A stretch of 64,000 nucleotides of DNA from Anaerolineae bacterium (GTDB lineage: Bacteria; Chloroflexota; Anaerolineae; B4-G1; SLSP01), in NCBI GenBank assembly GCA_049975385.1, contig JBNGDO010000001.1:2600-66599 (forward strand), in the 5' to 3' direction. Position 1 is the stretch's first letter. Each line of letters begins with the position of its first letter. The translations under genes and the position numbers were made by a program. The notes beneath the pieces were generated by a model that saw only the letters and a list, made by a program, of their open reading frames with translations, ran no database searches and was not told where the DNA came from. Below are positions 47,520 to 57,225 of the stretch, one piece after another.

Positions 47520-47557
47520 CATCTGCCTATTCTAACTCTTTTCGCTAGAGAGGACCG

Positions 47558-48043
47558 ATGTATAGAGACGAGTTATGGTACCGGCAGCTAATCCGAGATA
47601 TCGAGGCAAACCGGTGGGGGTTCACCGATAGGCAACTGCGCGCATACCAGATAGATTTGATGCTGCGCATAGCGCTGCGAGTCAAGGAGCTTTCCGATGC
47701 GTGTGAAACGTGCCGTAGTTTTCAGCGGATCCTAAGCCGTATGGAGGAGGAATTCCCAGAACTGCCGGGGTCTAAGGCGCAGCGAAACTACCATATACAG
47801 CAGTTGCGTATGATGATCGAGCATTTTGTGAAAATCCACCGGTTAGTGCCGGCGCACTACTACACCCGCCTGCTTGCCAACTACGGTTTCGTCGTGGGGC
47901 TTATCTTCGGCATCGCAGTGGGATTGCTGCTGTTGAACAATGGCCTGTATTTGCCCGTGGCCTCGGTTGCCGGCTTGATTCTAGGCGCTACTTTCGGTTG
48001 GATTGTGGATGCCCGTGTGAAGCACGAACAGCGCGTGCTATAA
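47558..48043 (+). CDS. Hypothetical protein with two C-terminal TM helices
   Basis: ORF with a reasonable start context. There are no recognisable motifs apart from the hydrophobic C-terminus (GFVVGLIFGIAVGLLLL...VASVAGLILGATFGWIV). Confidence 0.4.
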   Translation: MYRDELWYRQLIRDIEANRWGFTDRQLRAYQIDLMLRIALRVKELSDACETCRSFQRILSRMEEEFPELPGSKAQRNYHIQQLRMMIEHFVKIHRLVPAHYYTRLLANYGFVVGLIFGIAVGLLLLNNGLYLPVASVAGLILGATFGWIVDARVKHEQRVL

Positions 48044-48155
48044 AGGACAATAACTGCACCGCTCTGGAGTGGCGCTTATTGCCATTGACTTTTACATTTT
48101 TTGCCTTATTATAAGAATAGTGTGATTATATTATGATTTATTCTCAGGTTTTCTT

Positions 48156-49460
48156 GTGATGCGATTCAGAATTTGGTTGATGCTGGCCTTGTGCCTGGCT
48201 TTGCTATGTGCTCGCCCCGTGATGGCGTCGAGTTGTCTCTCCGGCGCGCTCACCTCTTCAGCCGCTCCTCCGGTGGGTGATGATGTGCCGCTATCGGTCG
48301 ACACGAGCACCTGGGCCGCGCACACGTTGCAGTTGGGCGAAGAAGTCGGCTGTCTCGCGCAGCGCAGCGGCATAGACCTGCGTGCCGTTGCTGAAGCGAA
48401 TCGCATCCTCAACCCTACCTTGTTGGGCTCCGGGCAGATAGTTAGCCTTCCTCCCGTCGAACCACGTACGCTCGTGGCCGCTCGCTTGGATGATACGCCA
48501 CTCACTCTCGCTGTGGCGCGTGGGCTGCCGTTATGGGAGGTGCTGCGCCTCAACGCTGAACCGTTTTACACTGGCAAAAGCATACGGCTTCCCGGCGCTG
48601 AGGCGACGACTTGCCTGCCGTATCCCCTGGCAGCTTTGGCCGTCTCGCCGCAGCCGGTTACCCGTGGGAACACGGCCCTGTTCGTTTTTGAAACGCTGAC
48701 ACCGGCCGCCTGCGAGATCAGCTATCTCGATCAGACAGAGCCGTGCTATCCGCTGGACGACGCCCACCTCTACGCGCTGGTGGGGCTTTCGGCGTTGGTG
48801 GATGCGGGTACGTACACGGTGAAGATTGCTGTGCAGACCGATGGGTTGGAAACGGCGTTCACTGTACCGCTGGACGTTAGCGCTGGGCGCTATGGCTATC
48901 AATATATCAATCCGCCGGCCTCGCTTTCGAAGCTGATGGATCCTGATCTTATGCAGGATGAGTCGGACCATCTCGCTCTGTGGCGCACCATTCGCACGCC
49001 TGAACGTGATTGGCAACTCCCCCTCACGTTTCCGTTGCCGTTCCGGGTTTCAGTTTCGGCCAGATACGGCGACCGGCGCTCGTATGGTGGGATGGTCGAT
49101 GGCTATCACTCGGGCGTGGATTACCGCGCGTGGGGCGGGATGCCCGTGCTCGCGCCGGCAGATGGTGTGGTGATCCTCGCCGAACGGTTGGAAGCGCGGG
49201 GAAATGCGGTACTCCTGGATCACGGCGGCGGCCTGATCACCGGTTACTGGCACCTATCGCAGATCGACGTGGAGGTGGGACAGCACGTGCAGCGCGGCGA
49301 AACTTTTGCCTTGGTCGGCAACACCGGTCTTTCGACGGGCTCGCACCTGCATTGGGAGATGTGGGTCAATGGCGTCTCTGTGGATAGCACGCAGTGGTTG
49401 AGCTCTGATGCTTTTACCGGCTTGACCCTTCCCGAACTCGATACTTCCGCTGCGCCGTAA
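48156..49460 (+). CDS. LysM + M23 family peptidoglycan metalloendopeptidase
   Basis: A signal peptide is followed by a LysM-like segment (LGEEVGCLAQRSGIDLRAVAEANRIL) and then M23 motifs HSGVDY and GNTGLSTGSHLHWE. Confidence 0.8.
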   Translation: MMRFRIWLMLALCLALLCARPVMASSCLSGALTSSAAPPVGDDVPLSVDTSTWAAHTLQLGEEVGCLAQRSGIDLRAVAEANRILNPTLLGSGQIVSLPPVEPRTLVAARLDDTPLTLAVARGLPLWEVLRLNAEPFYTGKSIRLPGAEATTCLPYPLAALAVSPQPVTRGNTALFVFETLTPAACEISYLDQTEPCYPLDDAHLYALVGLSALVDAGTYTVKIAVQTDGLETAFTVPLDVSAGRYGYQYINPPASLSKLMDPDLMQDESDHLALWRTIRTPERDWQLPLTFPLPFRVSVSARYGDRRSYGGMVDGYHSGVDYRAWGGMPVLAPADGVVILAERLEARGNAVLLDHGGGLITGYWHLSQIDVEVGQHVQRGETFALVGNTGLSTGSHLHWEMWVNGVSVDSTQWLSSDAFTGLTLPELDTSAAP

Positions 49461-49469
49461 GAGGATAAT

Positions 49470-50033
49470 ATGCAGACTGCGGACAAGGTTTACGCCAGTA
49501 TCTGGCGGCGCATTGTCGCTTATCTCGTTGATTATGTGATTTCATTCGCAGTGCTTATTCCGCTTCAATATCTTTTTTCAGTTGTGACGCGTGGTTTCCC
49601 CTATAGCTTATTCAAAACCGGGCTACAAATTGAACTTTGGATTCTCCTGACTGTTTCGTTGCCGGTTTGGTTGTACTTCATTTTCAGCGAGCATTCGACT
49701 CACCAGGCTACCTTTGGAAAACGGCTGCTAAGGGTGCGGGTCACACGCGTCTCCGGCGAGAGAATGAGTTTTGCACAGGCCATCCTCCGCACTGCGATCA
49801 AGTTGTTGCCGTGGGAACTGACGCATCTCTCGCTGATGCTGCCTGTGCCTATGTGGTGGGATACAACGCCTAATCTACGCGCTGGAATCGTTATCGCGTA
49901 CGTTCTTGTCGGTGTGTATCTTCTGGTGATGTTGTTGAACAGCCGCCGCCAGAGCGTCCACGATATGATCGCGCGAACGGTTGTGGTAGAAGCGCCGAAG
50001 CATGAAGTGCTAACTTCGTCAGTTGAGGTGTGA
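49470..50033 (+). CDS. RDD-family membrane protein
   Basis: WRRIVAYLVDYVI is the RDD signature. It has three TM segments and is 187 aa long. Confidence 0.6.
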   Translation: MQTADKVYASIWRRIVAYLVDYVISFAVLIPLQYLFSVVTRGFPYSLFKTGLQIELWILLTVSLPVWLYFIFSEHSTHQATFGKRLLRVRVTRVSGERMSFAQAILRTAIKLLPWELTHLSLMLPVPMWWDTTPNLRAGIVIAYVLVGVYLLVMLLNSRRQSVHDMIARTVVVEAPKHEVLTSSVEV

Positions 50034-50035
50034 TG

Positions 50036-50704
50036 ATGTGCGGACGTTTTACTTTGGGTGTGAATCTTGATGATCTGATCGAGGCGTTCCCGGACTTTAC
50101 GTTCCCGCCGGAGACGGAGCCGCGCTACAACATCGCGCCGACGCAGAACGTGATGGTCGTCCCCAACAACACTGCCGGGCACGTGAGCTTCTTTCGGTGG
50201 GGGCTAATCCCCTCTTGGGCCAAGGACCCCGCCATCGGCAACCGGCTAATCAACGCGCGCGGCGAGACACTGGCGGAAAAGCCGTCGTTCCGCGCAGCCT
50301 ATCTCCGACGGCGCTGTTTGATCCTCGCGGATGGTTTCTACGAATGGCAAGTGGTACCCGGCAGCAAGACCAAGCAGCCGATGTATATCCAACTGGCGAC
50401 GAAAAAGCCGTTCGCCTTTGCCGGATTGTGGGAACTCTGGCGGCCCGACGACACGCCCATCCTCTCCTGCACCATCATCACCACCGAGCCGAACGCCCTG
50501 CTCGCGCCGATCCACAACCGCATGCCCGTCATCCTGCCGCCGGACGCCTACGCCTTGTGGCTCGATCCCGCCGAACAGAAACCCGCCGCGCTCAATCACC
50601 TGCTCACGCCCTATCCCGCCGGCCTGATGACCGTCTATCCCGTCTCCCGCCTCGTCAACAGCCCGTCGAACGACACACCCGATGTGGTAATCGGTGAGCA
50701 GTAA
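50036..50704 (+). CDS. SOS-response-associated peptidase (SRAP/YedK/HMCES family) abasic-site processing protein
   Basis: The N-terminal MCGRF places the catalytic Cys at position 2 (third ATG of the ORF). FRWGLIPSWAKD and LADGFYEW are conserved SRAP motifs. Confidence 0.85.
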   Translation: MCGRFTLGVNLDDLIEAFPDFTFPPETEPRYNIAPTQNVMVVPNNTAGHVSFFRWGLIPSWAKDPAIGNRLINARGETLAEKPSFRAAYLRRRCLILADGFYEWQVVPGSKTKQPMYIQLATKKPFAFAGLWELWRPDDTPILSCTIITTEPNALLAPIHNRMPVILPPDAYALWLDPAEQKPAALNHLLTPYPAGLMTVYPVSRLVNSPSNDTPDVVIGEQ

Positions 50705-50786
50705 TCGGTAATCGGGGGAGGGGCTGCAGATCGGCGATTTTTGACTGATTACAAGTTACCAGTTACTGATTACCAATCACCAATCA
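50700..50786. repeat. Palindromic modular repeat element (GTAATCG ... GATTACC family) between the SRAP gene and the M20 peptidase gene
   Basis: gtaatcggtaatcggggg ... gattacaagttaccagttactgattaccaatcaccaatcac. The longer M20 ORF reads through it (PVTDYQSPITF). Confidence 0.8.
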
Positions 50787-50803
50787 CTTTTCTGCGAGGT
50801 CCT

Positions 50804-52177
50804 ATGAATTCTATTACATACGCCCAAACCCATCACGACAAATTCCTGGAAGAACTCAAGGCTTTTCTACGTATTCCGAGCATCAGCACACAGCCTGAGC
50901 ACAAGGCCGACATTGAACGTGCGGCGCTTTGGTTGCGCGACGAACTGTTGAACGTCGGTTTTCCCACGGCCGAGGTGATGCCAACGCCGGGCCATCCCAT
51001 CGTCTACGCGGAGTGGATGGCTGCCGGTCCCGATGCACCGACCGTCCTCGTCTACGGGCACTACGACGTGCAGCCGCCCGATCCGGTGGAACAGTGGCGC
51101 ACGCCACCCTTCGAGCCGACGGTGGTGGGCGATGACCTTTTTGCCCGGGGCGCATCCGATGACAAGGGGCAGGTGTTCGTCCACCTGAAGGCCGCTGAGG
51201 CGTTCAAGGCGACGGTGGACGCGCCGCCCGTAAACCTCAAGTGCATCTTCGAAGGCGAGGAGGAGATCGGCAGCCCGAGCTTTAGCCCCTTCGTGTTCGC
51301 GCACACGGATTTGCTGGCGGCGGACGTGGCGCTCATCTCCGATACGCACATCCTGGGAATGGACACGCCGACCATCGTCTACGCGCTGCGCGGGCTGGCC
51401 TATCTCGAGGTGAAAGTGACCGGGCCGGATCACGACCTCCACTCCGGCATCTACGGCGGCGCGGTGCTGAATCCCATCAACGCGCTCTGCCGGATGGTCG
51501 CGCACCTTCAGGATGCGGACGGTCGCATCACGATTCCCGGGTTCTACGACAACGTGCGCGACCTCGTTCCCGACGAGCGCGCGGAACTGGCGAAACTGCC
51601 CTACGATCACGCGACCTGGCTTGAGGAGGCCGGCGTGAAAGCGGATTGGGGCGAACCGGGCTACACCGTCGTCGAGCGCACGTCCGCACGCCCCACGCTG
51701 GATGTGAACGGCATCTGGGGTGGCTACATTCAGCCCGGCGCGAAGACGGTGCTGCCGAGTGAAGCATATGCGAAGGTTTCGATGCGCCTGGTGCCGGATC
51801 AGAACCCGAAGGAGATTGCGCGCCTGGTGACCGATTATTTGCAGCAGATTGCGCCGCCTGCTGTGACCGTCGAGGTCCGCGACCTGCACGGCGGCGACGG
51901 CGCGATTGTGCGCCGCGACAGCCCGGCGATGCAGGCGGCATTCCGCGCCTATGCTGAAACCTTCGGCGTCGAGCCGGTCTTCATGCGCGAGGGCGGCTCT
52001 ATCCCCGTCGTGGCGACGTTCCAGAAGGCGCTCGGCATCGAGACGATCCTGATGGGCTTCGGCTTGCCCGATGACCGGCTACACTCGCCGAATGAGAAGT
52101 TTCACATCCCGGCGTTTTACAAGGGGATCGAGACGGTGATTCGCTTTTTGGAAGGATTGCGGGAAACCGGGGTGTGA
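50804..52177 (+). CDS. M20 family metallopeptidase (dipeptidase/ArgE/DapE-like)
   Basis: Start at MNSITYAQ, after the repeat element. VLVYGHYDVQPP...GASDDKGQ and FEGEEEIGS are M20 metal-ligand motifs. Confidence 0.8.
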   Translation: MNSITYAQTHHDKFLEELKAFLRIPSISTQPEHKADIERAALWLRDELLNVGFPTAEVMPTPGHPIVYAEWMAAGPDAPTVLVYGHYDVQPPDPVEQWRTPPFEPTVVGDDLFARGASDDKGQVFVHLKAAEAFKATVDAPPVNLKCIFEGEEEIGSPSFSPFVFAHTDLLAADVALISDTHILGMDTPTIVYALRGLAYLEVKVTGPDHDLHSGIYGGAVLNPINALCRMVAHLQDADGRITIPGFYDNVRDLVPDERAELAKLPYDHATWLEEAGVKADWGEPGYTVVERTSARPTLDVNGIWGGYIQPGAKTVLPSEAYAKVSMRLVPDQNPKEIARLVTDYLQQIAPPAVTVEVRDLHGGDGAIVRRDSPAMQAAFRAYAETFGVEPVFMREGGSIPVVATFQKALGIETILMGFGLPDDRLHSPNEKFHIPAFYKGIETVIRFLEGLRETGV

Positions 52178-52264
52178 TCGATGTAGTTGCGGTTTCCATA
52201 CCGCGTGCGTAGGTGCGGCTTTCTTGTCAGCAGATTGAGCAGATTAAGCAGATTTTTGGTGTGG

Positions 52265-52296
52265 GCTTGCGGCGGATCGTACGATCCGCCGCAAGC
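52265..52296. terminator. Bidirectional terminator (perfect 32-nt palindrome) between convergent M20 and GNAT genes
   Basis: gcttgcggcggatcgtacgatccgccgcaagc followed by TTTT. It is preceded by the tandem GCAGATT repeat cagcagattgagcagattaagcagatt (52222..52250). Confidence 0.75.
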
Positions 52297-52300
52297 TTTT

Positions 52301-52714
52301 CTATTGTCCAGACTGCCGGTCGAAATTGCGCGTACACATCCCAACGGCGGGGTACATGCCGAACTGCTCGTAGAACGATTGCACGTCTGCGTCGCAGAGC
52401 AGGTCGATCATATACAAGTCCTGCAAGCGTTCCAACATCCGGCGCACCAGCGTTTGGCCGATCCCCTGATATTGGTACGCGGGCAGCACCTCGAGGAACG
52501 GGATGTAAGCCGCGAGCACGCCATCCGTGATCGCCGTGATGAAGCCGACGACCTGCCCGGTTGCCGTGTCCACCGCCAGCACAACCGCGTCGCTGTTGCG
52601 CAGCAGCCGCAGGTGTGTTTCTGGCGTTGGCGGATTCGGCCAGCCGACGAAGAAGCCGTCTAGCTGCGCGGGGGTGATGTCTTCTGCTGAGTTCGGATAT
52701 TCGATTATGTCCAT
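52301..52714 (-). CDS. Small GNAT family N-acetyltransferase (137 aa)
   Basis: VVGFITAI...YIPFLEVLPAYQYQGIGQTLVRRMLERL is the GNAT motif A with the Q/R-x-x-G-x-G/A loop. Confidence 0.75.
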   Translation of the reverse strand: MDIIEYPNSAEDITPAQLDGFFVGWPNPPTPETHLRLLRNSDAVVLAVDTATGQVVGFITAITDGVLAAYIPFLEVLPAYQYQGIGQTLVRRMLERLQDLYMIDLLCDADVQSFYEQFGMYPAVGMCTRNFDRQSGQ

Positions 52715-52749
52715 AAGGATGCCTAAACGACTATCATTTGTTGATCTGC

Positions 52750-53064
52750 TTAGTTTGTAGATCCATAGATCATCATCCTGTCCTGTGCAATCGCTTGCCT
52801 GAAGTAAGGGTTTCTGATTGCTCTTTCCTCTACCAGATCAACCGAGCGTTCGAATAGCTGTTCCAATGCTTCTTTGAACCCGAAGTATTGCTCGAAAGCG
52901 CCCAGTGTATGTGCTTCGGCAAAATCCACGACGAAATCCACATCGCTGTGCTGTGCAGTAAAGTCTCCACGCGCCGCAGAGCCAAATAGCTCCAGCCGTT
53001 TGACGCCGTATTTCCGGCACAACTCGGCTAGTTCATCCATATAGGTGCTGATTTCCAGTGTCAT
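52750..53064 (-). CDS. Minimal nucleotidyltransferase (MNT/MntA-like, DNA-polymerase-beta superfamily), 104 aa
   Basis: LELFGSAARGDFTAQHSDVDFVVDF fits the hG[GS]x9-13Dh[DE]h signature of MNT antitoxins. No HEPN (Rx4HxY) partner was found; the downstream gene is a GNAT. Confidence 0.75.
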   Translation of the reverse strand: MTLEISTYMDELAELCRKYGVKRLELFGSAARGDFTAQHSDVDFVVDFAEAHTLGAFEQYFGFKEALEQLFERSVDLVEERAIRNPYFRQAIAQDRMMIYGSTN

Positions 53065-53084
53065 AGCTTACCTCTCGCTCAAAG

Positions 53085-54770
53085 TCATTGTTGCTGTACC
53101 TTCGCCCAGCTATCCCGCAGCGAGACGGTGAGGTTGAAGACGAGTTTGCCCTCGGCAGTGTCCGGGTCGGTGCAGAAGTAGCCCTTGCGCATAAACTGGT
53201 AGCGGTCGCCGGGTGTTGTGTCTGCCAGGCTGGGTTCGACTTTCACGTCGGCCAGCACGTTCAGCGAGTCGGGGTTCAGATTGGCGATGTAGTCCTGGCC
53301 CTCTTCGACGTCGTTGGGATCGTCCTTCACGTAAAGGTAGTCGTACTCGCGCACCTCGGCGTCCAGCGCGTGGGCGGCGGAGACCCAATGGATTGTCCCG
53401 CGCACCTTGCGTCTGTCAGGCGTTCTACCGCCACGCGATTCTGGATCGTAGGTGCAATGTAGTTCGATCACATTGTCGTCTGCGTCCTTGACCACGTCCA
53501 CGCAGGTGACGTAGTAGGCGTTCATCAGCCGCACCTCGCGCCCTGGCGAAAGGCGATAGTACTTGCGCGGTGGATCCTCCATAAAGTCCTCGCGCTCGAT
53601 GTAGATCTCGCGAGAAAACGGGACTTCACGCGTGCCCATTTCCGGCTTCTGCGGGTGGTTGGGCACTTCGAAGTCCTCCATCTTGTCCTCAGGATAGTTG
53701 TCGATCACGACCTTGACCGGGTCGAGCACGGCCATCACGCGCGGCGCGCGTTCGTTCAAGTCCTGGCGGATGCAGTGTTCGAGCAGCTTGATGTCGACGA
53801 TGCTGTTGGCTTTGGCGATACCGATGCGGTCGCAAAAGTCGACGATGGATTCCGGTGTGTAGCCCCGACGTTTCAGCCCCCGGAGGGTAGGCATACGCGG
53901 GTCGTCCCAGCCGCACACGTGCCCTTCGTTGACCAATCGCAGCAGGAAGCGCTTGCTCAGCACGGTGTAGGTCAGGTTCAGCCGCGCGAACTCGAGCTGC
54001 TGCGGGTGATAGATGCCCAGCGCGTCGAGGAACCAGTCGTAGAGCGGGCGGTGATCTTCGTAGCCCAGGTCGCACAGCGAGTGGGTGATGCCTTCGATAG
54101 AATCTTCCAGACCGTGCGCCCAGTCGTACATCGGGTAGATGTGCCATTCGTCGCCGGTCCGGTAATGTTCGCGGTGCAGGATGCGGTACATCACCGGGTC
54201 GCGCAGGTTGATATTGGGCGAGGCCATATCGATTTTGGCTCGTAGCACGCGGGATTCCTCAGGGAACTCGCCCGCGCGCATCCGGCGGAACAGGTCGAGG
54301 TTTTCCTCTACGGAACGGTCGCGGTACGGGCTGTTTTTCCCCGGTTCGGTGAGCGTGCCGCGATACTCGCGCATCTCGTCGGGGCTGAGGTCATCGACGT
54401 AAGCCAGTCCCTTCTGGATCAAGTCTTCGGCCCACGCGTACATCTGCTCGAAGTAGTCGGAGGCGTAGAAGATATTGTGCTCGCCGACATCGAACCCTAG
54501 CCAGCGGATATCCTCAACCATAGACTGCGCGTACTCGACCTCTTCTTTGGCCGGGTTGGTATCGTCGAAGCGCAGGTTGTACTTGCCGCCGTAGTCCTCC
54601 GCGATGCCGAAGTCGATGCAGATGGCTTTGGCGTGCCCGATGTGCAGGTAGCCGTTCGGCTCCGGCGGGAAGCGCGTGTGGACACGCCCGTCAAAGCGTC
54701 CGCTCTCGATGTCTTCGTCGATGGCCACGCGGATAAAGTCACAGGATATAGTTTCTTCGTTCTCGGTCAT
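53085..54770 (-). CDS. glnS: Glutamine--tRNA ligase
   Basis: HIGH motif in [21 protein letters not shown]-type VLSKR, and a ~560-aa length with C-terminal beta-barrel anticodon-binding domains. Start at MTENEET (ATG 54770), after ggaggag. Confidence 0.85.
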   Translation of the reverse strand: MTENEETISCDFIRVAIDEDIESGRFDGRVHTRFPPEPNGYLHIGHAKAICIDFGIAEDYGGKYNLRFDDTNPAKEEVEYAQSMVEDIRWLGFDVGEHNIFYASDYFEQMYAWAEDLIQKGLAYVDDLSPDEMREYRGTLTEPGKNSPYRDRSVEENLDLFRRMRAGEFPEESRVLRAKIDMASPNINLRDPVMYRILHREHYRTGDEWHIYPMYDWAHGLEDSIEGITHSLCDLGYEDHRPLYDWFLDALGIYHPQQLEFARLNLTYTVLSKRFLLRLVNEGHVCGWDDPRMPTLRGLKRRGYTPESIVDFCDRIGIAKANSIVDIKLLEHCIRQDLNERAPRVMAVLDPVKVVIDNYPEDKMEDFEVPNHPQKPEMGTREVPFSREIYIEREDFMEDPPRKYYRLSPGREVRLMNAYYVTCVDVVKDADDNVIELHCTYDPESRGGRTPDRRKVRGTIHWVSAAHALDAEVREYDYLYVKDDPNDVEEGQDYIANLNPDSLNVLADVKVEPSLADTTPGDRYQFMRKGYFCTDPDTAEGKLVFNLTVSLRDSWAKVQQQ

Positions 54771-54852
54771 ACTCTCCTCCTCGAATAGTCCAAAGTCCCA
54801 CGTCAAAAGCTAAAGCTCTTGAAAGCTCTGCGTCTCTGTGGTGAATTTCTGC

Positions 54853-56271
54853 CTACAAATCGTAGTATAGTTCGATTTCGTAAGGATGTGGCCGGTTATT
54901 GACTTGTTGCTCTTCCCACCGCTTGCGCTCGATCCAACGCTGGATCAGTTCTGCGTTGAACACATCGCCCGCAAGCAGAAACTCGTGATCGGCTTCCAAC
55001 GCATCCATCGCCGCGCCGAGTGACGTGGGCAACGCCTTGATTGTCGCGCGCTTTTCCGCCGGCCACGCGAAGATGTCCTCATCCACCGGCCCGAAGCCCA
55101 TCTCGGTCGGATCGGTCTGCTTGAGGATGCCATCGAGACCGGCGAGCAACTGCGCCGCCATCGCCAGGTAGGGATTGCAGGTCGCATCGGGTGGACGGAA
55201 TTCGAAGCGCGCCGAGTCGGGCTGGTTGGCGTATTTAGGGATGCGAATCGCCGCACTGCGGTTGCCGAGCGAGTAAATGGCGCTGATAGGCGCTTCGTAG
55301 CCTGGCACCAAGCGCCGGAAAGAGTTGGTGCTCGGATTGGTGAAAGCCATCACTGCGCCGCCGTGGTGCAGCAGGCCGCCGATGTAGTACCGGCCCAGGT
55401 CGCTGATCGTCCCGTATTGCTCTGGATCGTAGCACAGGTTCTTGCCATCCTGCCAGAAATACTGGTGGAAGTGCATCCCCGAACCGGCCTCACCGTAGAG
55501 CGGCTTGGGCATGAAGGTCACGGTCATCCCCTCCTTGAACGCCGTCATCCGCGACACATACTTCACCAGCATCGCCCCGTCCGCCGCCTGGATGAGTGGC
55601 AGCATCGGCGTTTCGATCTCGCATTGGCCTGGCCCACCCACTTCGTGATGGTGATATTTGACATCCAGGCCCATGTCCAGCAAGTGCCGACTGATGCGTG
55701 AGCGCAGATTGTAAAGGTGATCCTGAGGTGGGATGGCGTGGTACCCACCGTGACGCGGGATAGTGTAACCGCTGCCCATCTCGTGCGCGTTCCAGTCCGC
55801 TTCTTCCGATTCCACACGGTAAAAGGCTGAGTTCATACTGTTCTGGTAGCCCACACGATCGAACACGTAGAACTCAAACTCCGGTCCCCAAAGGCTGGTG
55901 TCGGCGACGCCGGTAGACTGCATATAAGCCTCAGCGCGCAGGGCGATGTTGCGCGGGTCGTAAGGAAAAGTCGCGCGGGTATCGGCTTCCTTCGCTGAGC
56001 AGATGAAACTCAGCGTAGGCAGGTCCCAAAATGGATCCTGCGCGCCGGTACCGAGATCCGGTACCGCCACCATATCGCCCGCGCAGATCGATTTGAACCC
56101 TACGCTGGAGCCGTCGAAGCCAATGCCTTCGGTCATCAATGCCGGCGTGAATTTTGTGCCAGGGATGGTCACGTGATGCCAACGCCCCCAGAGATCGCAG
56201 AATTTGAGGTCCACCATGGCAATCTCGTGCTCACGGATAAAGCTTTGCGCCTCTTCGAGTGTCTCGAACAC
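54853..56271 (-). CDS. glnA: Glutamine synthetase type I
   Basis: The ATP-binding signature is KPLYGEAGSGMHFHQ. Length is 472 aa. It has a GTG start with ggagg upstream. Confidence 0.9.
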   Translation of the reverse strand: MFETLEEAQSFIREHEIAMVDLKFCDLWGRWHHVTIPGTKFTPALMTEGIGFDGSSVGFKSICAGDMVAVPDLGTGAQDPFWDLPTLSFICSAKEADTRATFPYDPRNIALRAEAYMQSTGVADTSLWGPEFEFYVFDRVGYQNSMNSAFYRVESEEADWNAHEMGSGYTIPRHGGYHAIPPQDHLYNLRSRISRHLLDMGLDVKYHHHEVGGPGQCEIETPMLPLIQAADGAMLVKYVSRMTAFKEGMTVTFMPKPLYGEAGSGMHFHQYFWQDGKNLCYDPEQYGTISDLGRYYIGGLLHHGGAVMAFTNPSTNSFRRLVPGYEAPISAIYSLGNRSAAIRIPKYANQPDSARFEFRPPDATCNPYLAMAAQLLAGLDGILKQTDPTEMGFGPVDEDIFAWPAEKRATIKALPTSLGAAMDALEADHEFLLAGDVFNAELIQRWIERKRWEEQQVNNRPHPYEIELYYDL

Positions 56272-56381
56272 TCCTAATTTCCTCCCAGGTTATTATGTGG
56301 CCTTGCTGACGTTATTATATGCGCCTTTGTTTTGTCGGCAAGAAAAGTCATTTGAACGTTATGCCGAAGTTGTGTATACTT

Positions 56382-56436
56382 TGGGCGTAAGATGTGATAC
56401 GTAAAGCGTGATGTGTGAAACGTGAGCAGAGAATCA
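56382..56436. repeat. Degenerate heptamer repeats (GTGATAC/GTGAAAC/GAATCAC) in the glnA / sugar-isomerase divergent region
   Basis: Reads gatgtgatacgtaaagcgtgatgtgtgaaacgtgagcagagaatcacgtatcag. Confidence 0.65.
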
Positions 56437-56471
56437 CGTATCAGCAAGAAAATTATCTCAAGGAGAACAAA

Positions 56472-57224
56472 ATGACCCGTATTCCCATTGCCCTGCAATT
56501 ATATTCCATTCGCCACGATTGTGAGGAAGACCTGCCTGGTACGCTGAAGGCCGTTGCGGAGATGGGCTACGAAGGTGTGGATTTCGCCGGGTATTATGGC
56601 TACGACGCTCCGACAATCCGCGCGATCCTCGATGATCTGGGCCTTAAGGCTGCGGGATGTCACACCGGCATCCAGACCTTACTCGGCGACGAGTTGCAGA
56701 AGACGGTTGAGTTCAATCGCATTCTCGGCAACAAGTATCTGATCGTGCCCGGCCTGCCAGAATCTTATCGCGATTCCCGCGACGCCTGGCTCAGAACCGC
56801 CGAGGTGTTCAACGAGATCGCGGCCAAACTCAAGCCTGAAGGTATGTTCACCGGCTATCACAACCACCACATCGAGTTCACACCGCTGGATGGTGAACTG
56901 CCGTGGGATACCTTCTTCGGCAACACCGTGCCCGAGGTGGTGATGCAGATCGATCTCGGCAATGCGCTGCACGGTGGGGGCGATCCGGTGGCTTTCCTCA
57001 AACGCTATCCGGGCCGCGCGCGCACGGTGCATCTCAAGGCATACTCCGCGACGAACGACAAGGCGCTCATCGGCGAGGATGACGTGGATTGGACCGAGGT
57101 CTTCCGCGTCTGCGAGGCCGATCCCGTGACCGAGTGGTACATCGTCGAGCAGGAGAGCTACCCGTACTCGCCGCTGGAGAGCGTGGAACGTTGTCTCCAG
57201 GCGCTCAAGGCGATGGGGAAATGA
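56472..57224 (+). CDS. Sugar phosphate isomerase/epimerase (xylose-isomerase-like TIM barrel)
   Basis: Start at MTRIPIALQLYSIR, after aaggag. Metal-binding H/E/D residues are spaced as in the AP-endonuclease-2 / L-ribulose-5-P 3-epimerase fold. Confidence 0.75.
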   Translation: MTRIPIALQLYSIRHDCEEDLPGTLKAVAEMGYEGVDFAGYYGYDAPTIRAILDDLGLKAAGCHTGIQTLLGDELQKTVEFNRILGNKYLIVPGLPESYRDSRDAWLRTAEVFNEIAAKLKPEGMFTGYHNHHIEFTPLDGELPWDTFFGNTVPEVVMQIDLGNALHGGGDPVAFLKRYPGRARTVHLKAYSATNDKALIGEDDVDWTEVFRVCEADPVTEWYIVEQESYPYSPLESVERCLQALKAMGK

Positions 57225-57225
57225 G

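Noticed and set aside
52301-53064. A canonical HepT/MntA (HEPN-MNT) toxin-antitoxin pair
   Set aside because: No Rx4HxY HEPN motif is present in any frame adjacent to the MNT gene. The only neighbour is a GNAT.
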